Shown here piece by piece: positions 60,102-64,000 of a DNA stretch of 64,000 nucleotides. The notes beneath the pieces are model-generated. The model ran no database searches, had not been told where the DNA came from, and was given only the letters and a program-made list of their open reading frames with translations. The DNA is from Oculina patagonica (taxonomy: Eukaryota). The position numbers were made by a program, and so were the translations under genes. The stretch covers positions 16,244,001-16,308,000 of the forward strand of contig NC_135767.1 in NCBI RefSeq assembly GCF_052425735.1, in the 5' to 3' direction. The stretch's first letter is position 1, and every line of letters starts with the position of its first letter.

Positions 60102-63100
60102 TATCATCATCATCATCATCATCACCATCATCACCCCCATCATCATCATCAGCACACCCACCAACAACACATACAACTGCATTTAACAGGGCCTTTTTGC
60201 CTCATTTCCTGTTTGCAGATCAAAGTATGATTTCATTCTAATATACCATTTCTCATTGTGTCATTGAAATATATTTATTACATTAAAGCTCAGTTGATAA
60301 AGCAAGAGTTCATGCTTCTCTAGAATTTTTCATGAACTGGCTGTGAATATAACTATATTCCTCTTCACCGTTATAACGCATTTCCCTTTACTGTCTCGAC
60401 ATATATTTATTGGCCTTTTGTTCAGAAATCAAGACTATGTTGTTCGCTTGACCTTAACTGGATGGGATAACGCATCATAAACTGGGCTTTTGTGACGTTG
60501 AAGTTGACAAACTGACCTTTACACCACGGATTTCCCAGTGGAGTCCAAGTCTTGAACTGATTACAGGTCTTTAGTCCAGGCCCGTGGTGTTGATATCCGC
60601 TCTTGCATGAGAACCGGCATTCCGACGCGTACTGAATGACAGCGCTTGCATTGGTGCAGAATGGTGGACTGATGTTCATTCCCTCTGATTGAATAGTCAG
60701 AGGAATACAAGTAGTAGCTACAAACAAAAAAAAAATAAAATACTTTAGCTTATTGTGACTAGACGAAGCTTCCTATGAATCTGTGTTAATGCTCCCAGAT
60801 AACTTTGATTGTTCTCTTTTGTTCAACTCTTTAACATGGTACATCAAAACGTTATACTATGTTGCTAGATGGCTAACTCGGGCCTAAAAAAAGTTACAAC
60901 AAAAATGAAATATTCCGGCCATCAGTGAGGCTAATTAGAAAGAGAGACGTATTTCAGTGACCAGAGGAGAGGACTGAAACTCAGGCTGGAATCCTGATAG
61001 ATTTTGATCGCTCTCCTCAGGAAGATCTGTTTTAGCTTATTTTAACAGCTAACACGTTTGATGAAAGTAAAACAATTCTGTTATTCGACAGAGAACAAAA
61101 TAAAACCATGACAGCAAAAACGGTTGTTTTTCATTTTTAAAATACGATCTGTAAAATCTCTCTTACCCAATATATCATAGTTTAAAATCAACGTCGCCTG
61201 TATCTAGCAGCACAGCTCACAGAAAATTTAATTACTCTCCGTTACCTTGGCACTGAAGCTCGGTCCCACTCCACTGTCTGTTCTCCAGACAAGTTCTTTT
61301 CTGTGATCCTCCTACAGCCTCGTATCCCAGCATGCAACTGAAGAAGCAGGGGGTGCTGTAGGTAGAGCTCGGGCCTCCGCACCCATATCCAGATTTTATC
61401 GCGTGATGGGGAGTATTCACAGAGGGACATTGGATAACTGTAACGAATACATAAAAGATCAGTTTCATTTAAAATTAAAAAAAAGTATCAAAAGTGCCTA
61501 AACACATAGTGATCCGGAATTGGTTACACGGGTGACAACACTTGTTTTGTAACGTTTTTAGCGCTATTCTTTCTAGCTTGACTTAACTTATTGTTTTAGT
61601 AGACGAAAGCTTAAAAAATCCGATTTTTTTTTCCAAAACATTAAAAGTGAAACTGTTCAAAATATTGGCACCACGCAAATTCGCTTTTTGAGTTATCGCA
61701 TTCTGTCTTTCGGGCACTGTTATCAAAATTCAGTACTAAACCCAAACTACTCGGCCCAAGACAATTCAAGGGTAAGGTTGTGAATCATTTTGAATGAAGA
61801 CTGATTTTCACGATTACTGAGAATGCGTGTGCGTTCGAAGGCTTCTATCTGTAAAAGGAGTAGTATAATTATACAGACTTGGGTTCTACGTCGGATACAC
61901 CATGCTAGCACCCTATAAACTTACCCTCGCATGAAGTTGCGTTTCCCGTCCAGAGCATCACATTTGTTCCTGCTTGCCTGTCGCATTTTCTTTCAACGGA
62001 TCCTTTCAATTCATACCCCTTGTAGCACGCTAAGCGGCAGACGCTTCCATAAACATTTCCGCAGGCGGCATTTTCCAGCTTACCGTTTGCAGGTGCGGAG
62101 AGTATGGAACATCTAAGAACTAGAGAAAAAAGATTGTAGGCAAATATTAAAAAAGCCTTCTTCAATAACAAGGAAAGCGTAAGTTTCAAACATTAGCGCT
62201 TAGACCTAGGACGGTCAAGCAAATTCATCGAAAATATTTTGGACTGAGTGGAAAGGCCTTAGCTTACTCTACAAGATGACATAATTTTTGTTGGCTGACG
62301 ACATATTACGTCACAGAATTCATATTTCGTTTTTCACCTGTTTTGTAAAGTTTTGCGCTATTCTTGTAATTCCTTGATGATTTTAAATGACATCATTAGA
62401 GTTAGTATCTTGGATGGAGAGTATGGAACATGAAAGAACTAAACTATTTCTTTCTGTCAAAAGAAGAAGGAAAGAGAGCTTTCTATCCCCACCCCCTTCC
62501 CTGTACTTAAAACAAAATATTAAGTTGTGTTGTTGTAGATATGCGAGTTTATATACAATGAATGAAGTTCGCATTACTGCTAACGATAATGTTTTGATAA
62601 TACACTCACATTTTAAAAGTTTACACATGTGCGCGCCAATTGGAAATTGTGTTCTCACCTTGAACGGTAACATGGAAGTAGCAGAGTTTCGTGTTTCCTG
62701 AAGAATCTGTGGCAGTGTAGACCACGGTATGACTGCCTTCAGAAAACACGTGCGGTGACGTCACTTGTGGAGAAACAGTAACGGCAGGGTGGGCCTGGTC
62801 ATTGTCTGTAGCTGTGACTGGTCCCCAGGTCACTGTGGCCGAGGTCTTCCCTTCGTCGGCAAAAACACTTCGTGCAGTTGGACAGGTTTCACCAAATGAA
62901 GGGGGCTCCCTGTCTATGAACAGAAAAATGAGTGGTGAAGTTGGCTGGACATTTTTTGTCTTACTGGGCTTACAACCGGCATTCTATCATTTTGGAGGGT
63001 CGTTCAAGACGGAAGGACGTTATTGTTTTGGGCGGGAATAAAGAAAATAAGCAAATTATGCACCCTTTTATCCTGCTTTTACGCAAAGAAAAGTAGCAAA

Positions 63101-63671
63101 GGAGGAGCATTTGAAGAAAGCAAAGTCGAGAAAGGCAGAATATTGCATATTGTACTGATTTATAGTTTACCATTCTTACGAGACATTACGATAATTGTCT
63201 GGAGGTCCCGGAGTCTTTATAACTATTTATTTCAGGGGTCTCACAACGCAAAATCACGTACGTGGTGAAATCGCGAATATCGCACCAACAGTCACGGAGG
63301 ACGAAATATAATTTATTAAATTCACGTTCCACGTTCATATTTACCCCAGTACGACTCTCATTTTGTTTCTCACAACATGGGACATCACATTTTTTTATTT
63401 TCAAGTACATATATAACAACCAAAAAACGAAAATTTCATGTATTAAAGTACATCACTAAATTATCATTACAGTGTAGTTAAGCTTTACCTTGGCAGTGAA
63501 ATCCACCTTGTGTCCAGTAACCATTGTCACACGTGTTTGAGCTGGGTCCAGTGCGTGTGTAGCCTGGGCTACACTCATAAGAACATACTTGACCATGCAT
63601 TGGTTGTGATTTACAAATATCAGGAGTTATTTGACCATTGTCTGGGGCACTTAAGGCTTGGCACTTACGCA
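32225..63671 (-). CDS. Gene B (5'-partial): multi-exon type-I membrane protein, sushi/HYR array - SEA-like - GCC2 x3 - EGF x21 - pentraxin/LamG - EGF x2 - sushi - SEA-like - GCC2 - TM - Tyr-motif tail (SVEP1/uninflatable-like)
   Basis: 30 exons with canonical AG/GT sites and a continuous frame (8,813 coding nt in window), ending at TAA 32225-32227; paralogous to gene A. Confidence 0.9.
33299..33413 (-). CDS. Gene B exon 29: transmembrane helix
   Basis: AALIAGLVVTAAIVILGIAVVAYC; cctacag|, |gtatgt, phase 2. Confidence 0.88.
33647..34295. mobile_element. TTAA-flanked MITE with ~60-bp TIRs starting GG (Kolobok-like)
   Basis: TTAA|GGTGGCCCGCGGGTATTTATGA..CTGACAGTTCCC ... GGGAACTGTCAGCCTCATAAATACCCGCGGGCCACC|TTAA. 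Confidence 0.85.
34423..35674. mobile_element. piggyBac-like non-autonomous element
   Basis: TTAA|CCCTTTCACTCC ... GGGGTCAAAGGG|TTAA; contains a poly-G/poly-C-ended insert whose 34646-34745 matches 19745-19845. Confidence 0.65.
35807..35981. mobile_element. Short pogo-type MITE
   Basis: CAGTCAACTCCC / GGGAGTTGACTG TIRs, repeated TCCGTAATA subterminal motifs. Confidence 0.7.
36134..36298 (-). CDS. Gene B exon 28: GCC2/GCC3 Cys repeat
   Basis: VACPVGTLYD...CEACLKGSYQGKEGQTIC. Confidence 0.9.
37023..37487 (-). CDS. Gene B exon 27: SEA-like domain with polybasic KKKRR/A site
   Basis: ORF 36979-37527; paralog of 15629-16090. Confidence 0.85.
37925..38116 (-). CDS. Gene B exon 26: sushi/CCP-like (not in ORF track)
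   Basis: ECPELKKPRNGRKSCKKVSGKELCLMSCDEGYSF...YGCGPDTNWKWN...PIC; paralog of 12438-12629. Confidence 0.88.
39394..39633 (-). CDS. Gene B exon 25: two EGF repeats
   Basis: ORF 39308-39715; 240 bp. Confidence 0.9.
39830..40080. repeat. Degenerate short tandem repeat (TTTCATTTGAATGGTCACA...GAACCACCTTGTACAGC)
   Basis: ~3 imperfect copies. Confidence 0.6.
40258..40890 (-). CDS. Gene B exon 24: pentraxin/laminin-G-like domain
   Basis: ORF 40151-40840; 633 bp (2 codons longer than paralog). Confidence 0.9.
41177..42833. mobile_element. TA-flanked CAGT-ended MITE containing two nested hairpin-ended elements
   Basis: TA|CAGTAAACTCCGCGTGTAAG ... CTTACACGCGGGTTTTTACTG|TA; inner elements ~41400-42647 and ~41583-42547. 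Confidence 0.75.
42845..43706 (-). CDS. Gene B exon 23: 7.5 EGF repeats
   Basis: ORF 42837-43739; 862 bp. Confidence 0.95.
44336..45873 (-). CDS. Gene B exon 22: 13.5 Ca-binding EGF repeats
   Basis: ORF 44318-45898; 1538 bp; ~92% aa identity to gene A exon 3. Confidence 0.95.
46346..46507 (-). CDS. Gene B exon 21: GCC2/GCC3 Cys repeat (not in ORF track)
   Basis: [25 protein letters not shown]; paralog of 1474-1635. Confidence 0.9.
47060..47221 (-). CDS. Gene B exon 20: GCC2/GCC3 Cys repeat
   Basis: [25 protein letters not shown]; paralog of 593-754. Confidence 0.9.
47832..47993 (-). CDS. Gene B exon 19: GCC2/GCC3 Cys repeat
   Basis: NCTVGTY...CEDCPIGTYQ...CSRCP; 162 bp. Confidence 0.9.
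48455..48668. mobile_element. Short hairpin-ended non-autonomous element
   Basis: ACTAAAACAGTG / CACTGTTTTAGT inverted pair, TGATTGG box, terminal hairpin GGTGGCTAGTGGT...ACCACTAGCCACC. Confidence 0.65.
48892..49125 (-). CDS. Gene B exon 18: C-terminal part of SEA-like region
   Basis: ORF 48884-49138; cctacag|, |gtaagt; ends PFCTRGQTFRDGYC. Confidence 0.85.
49247..49315 (-). CDS. Gene B exon 17: 69-bp micro-exon with second furin site RTRR/S
   Basis: tttacag|AC GAT GAA GGT CGC CAC GGA AGA ACT CGA AGA TCG...GTT G|gtaggt; phase 1-1. Confidence 0.75.
49455..49625. mobile_element. Palindromic MITE (AATAGGCC...GGCCTATT)
   Basis: AATAGGCCTTTTTCAAAAATGCCATAATACTCTT / AAGAGTATTATGGTATTTTTGAAAATGGCCTATT. 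Confidence 0.8.
50382..50618 (-). CDS. Gene B exon 16: SEA-like region ending in furin site RRKR/SA
   Basis: ORF 50200-50616; ttgtag|, |gtatgg. Confidence 0.85.
50660..50950 (-). mobile_element. Probable SINE body fragment
   Basis: (AGTGA)n-like tail at one end and a body resembling, from memory, a common anthozoan SINE; no second copy in the window. Confidence 0.35.
51455..51643 (-). CDS. Gene B exon 15: atypical sushi-like domain (not in ORF track)
   Basis: PTKCSNLSPPDGGAMACDDWMLGTFCSPFCQNNTDF...WVCGAKGTWFPSNRFPDCS; AG/GT, phase 1-1. Confidence 0.85.
51852..52097 (-). CDS. Gene B exon 14: HYR domain
   Basis: DNLGPMVVYCP...VTWKDPQFKDNS...SGTEFYWG...CTAFD...AVCQFTLKV. Confidence 0.9.
52445..52615. 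other. Assembly gap (N run)
   Basis: 171 Ns. Confidence 1.
52830..53078 (-). CDS. Gene B exon 13: HYR domain
   Basis: DVTPPVFMKCP...VNWTKPIALDNS...VVYTARDASGNKKECSFKV. Confidence 0.9.
53118..53463 (+). mobile_element. 5'-truncated RTE-clade LINE with inverted 5' duplication and TSD
   Basis: WIGHVAR...TALHWTPEGKRKRGRPKITWRRTVEKE...RDRQMWREHVAAL; (TGAG)n tail; TSD GTTATCAAGAGG / GTTATCAAAAGG. Confidence 0.85.
54190..54387 (-). CDS. Gene B exon 12: sushi/CCP (not in ORF track)
   Basis: atttcag|; RSCSSLSAPQYG...GTVCYFECRHGF...IQCGNDGKWS...KCL; |gtaagc. Confidence 0.88.
55039..55230 (-). CDS. Gene B exon 11: sushi/CCP
   Basis: LRCQTLHPPLNG...YGSTCRMSCNDGY...LTC...WD...PVC. Confidence 0.9.
55369..55657. 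mobile_element. MITE (TAGAGCGGTTTTCA...AAACTGCTCTA)
   Basis: Imperfect ~30-bp TIRs; several CCAAT/ATTGG boxes. Confidence 0.7.
55852..56097 (-). CDS. Gene B exon 10: HYR domain
   Basis: DVERPSFGATCP...VNWPPVVATDNSG...GKHQVIYNASDAAGN..ICTFHVTV. Confidence 0.9.
57597..57785 (-). CDS. Gene B exon 9: sushi/CCP
   Basis: VVRCESLQVPKDG...CHFSCPKGY...TCLSNGQWS...C. Confidence 0.9.
58252..58443 (-). CDS. Gene B exon 8: sushi/CCP
   Basis: VARCPRL...GDKCLLYCNRGY...RICQANGTWSGEEPNC. Confidence 0.9.
58984..59178 (-). CDS. Gene B exon 7: sushi/CCP
   Basis: VRCLPKLYAP...YGSECSFACHDG...RVC...WTG...C. Confidence 0.9.
59692..59940 (-). CDS. Gene B exon 6: HYR domain
   Basis: DVSAPLFSNCP...VTWSHPTVTDNSG...FPAGEHNIRYLASDKTGN..ECKFKV. 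Confidence 0.9.
60050..60150. repeat. (ATC)n microsatellite
   Basis: ~30 imperfect CAT/ATC units; explains the poly-His and poly-Ile ORFs. Confidence 0.95.
60517..60717 (-). CDS. Gene B exon 5: sushi/CCP
   Basis: TTCIPL...YASECRFSCKSGY...TC...TWTP...PWC. Confidence 0.88.
61246..61437 (-). CDS. Gene B exon 4: sushi/CCP
   Basis: VIQCPSV...CFFSCMLGY...RTCLENRQWSG...C. Confidence 0.9.
61925..62119 (-). CDS. Gene B exon 3: sushi/CCP
   Basis: VLRCSILSAPANG...YGSVCRLACYKGYELKGSVERKC...WTG...C. Confidence 0.9.
62659..62913 (-). CDS. Gene B exon 2: HYR domain
   Basis: DREPPSFGETCP...VTWGPVTATDN...FSEGSHTVVYTATDSSGN...CYFHVTV. Confidence 0.9.
63489..63671 (-). CDS. Gene B exon 1 in window: sushi/CCP
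   Basis: RKCQALSAPDNG...CSYECSPGY...CDNGYW...CQ; phase 1-1. Confidence 0.88.
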
Positions 63672-64000
63672 CTGAATAATAACAATAAGTAAGCAGTTAT
63701 TAACAATAAATTATTCATTTAGTCTCTTTTTATTTTGCTTAGTGTTTATTTTTTAACTTGCAAATACTTTCGCAATTTCGTGACCATCCCGCGGTGTCTC
63801 GTCTGAAAGCCTGAACTGAACTTAATTAAACTTAAAAGTTTGGTCTTAAAGTTTGGTCTTTCTATTTACTTTGTTCTAGTTAACTGTTTCGCTCTTCCAT
63901 TGAGTATTTTGTAGCAGAAACAAGGTCGATATTTTTGTACTTTTGTTTGTAACTTTCTCCCGCAATGTAACGAATCTACATCTCCAACGTGGCAAATATC

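Noticed and set aside
59986-60230. Poly-His and poly-Ile ORFs
   Set aside because: Translations of an intronic (ATC)n microsatellite.
32225-63671. SVEP1 ortholog
   Set aside because: The domain set is similar, but this protein has a TM and tail, 21 EGFs and no long C-terminal sushi array; orthology cannot be shown without a tree.

Overview
AT-rich eukaryotic (metazoan) genomic DNA with GT-AG introns. The repeat landscape looks like a stony coral or other anthozoan; that is an inference. The window is dominated by two paralogous, convergent (tail-to-tail) genes encoding very large type-I membrane proteins with a SVEP1/uninflatable-like domain set. Gene A (+ strand) has 11 exons from 593 to 22298 (~1,600 aa visible; 5' part outside the window). 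Gene B (- strand) has 30 exons from 63671 to 32225 (~2,940 aa visible; 5' part outside the window). Order in B: (HYR/sushi)n - SEA-like with polybasic cleavage sites - 3 ephrin-receptor-like (GCC2/GCC3) Cys repeats - 21 Ca-binding EGF - pentraxin/LamG - 2 EGF - sushi - SEA-like - GCC2 - TM - Tyr-motif tail; the visible part of A matches this from the second GCC2 repeat onward. The ectodomains are up to ~92% identical, but the TM and tails are essentially unalignable, which resembles a paired-receptor arrangement. Between the genes lies a 4.16-kb non-coding element with split direct repeats (A-x-B|A-y-B; Ngaro/PAT/TOC1-type architecture) carrying arrays of 44-nt hairpins. It is inserted without a target duplication into a decayed copy of gene B's 3' end. 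Introns hold a truncated Crypton-type tyrosine-recombinase element, several non-autonomous hairpin-ended relatives, a 1.13-kb TTAA-flanked palindrome with an in-window empty site, nested MITEs, LINE and SINE fragments, satellites and two assembly gaps. All exon boundaries and identities were read by eye.
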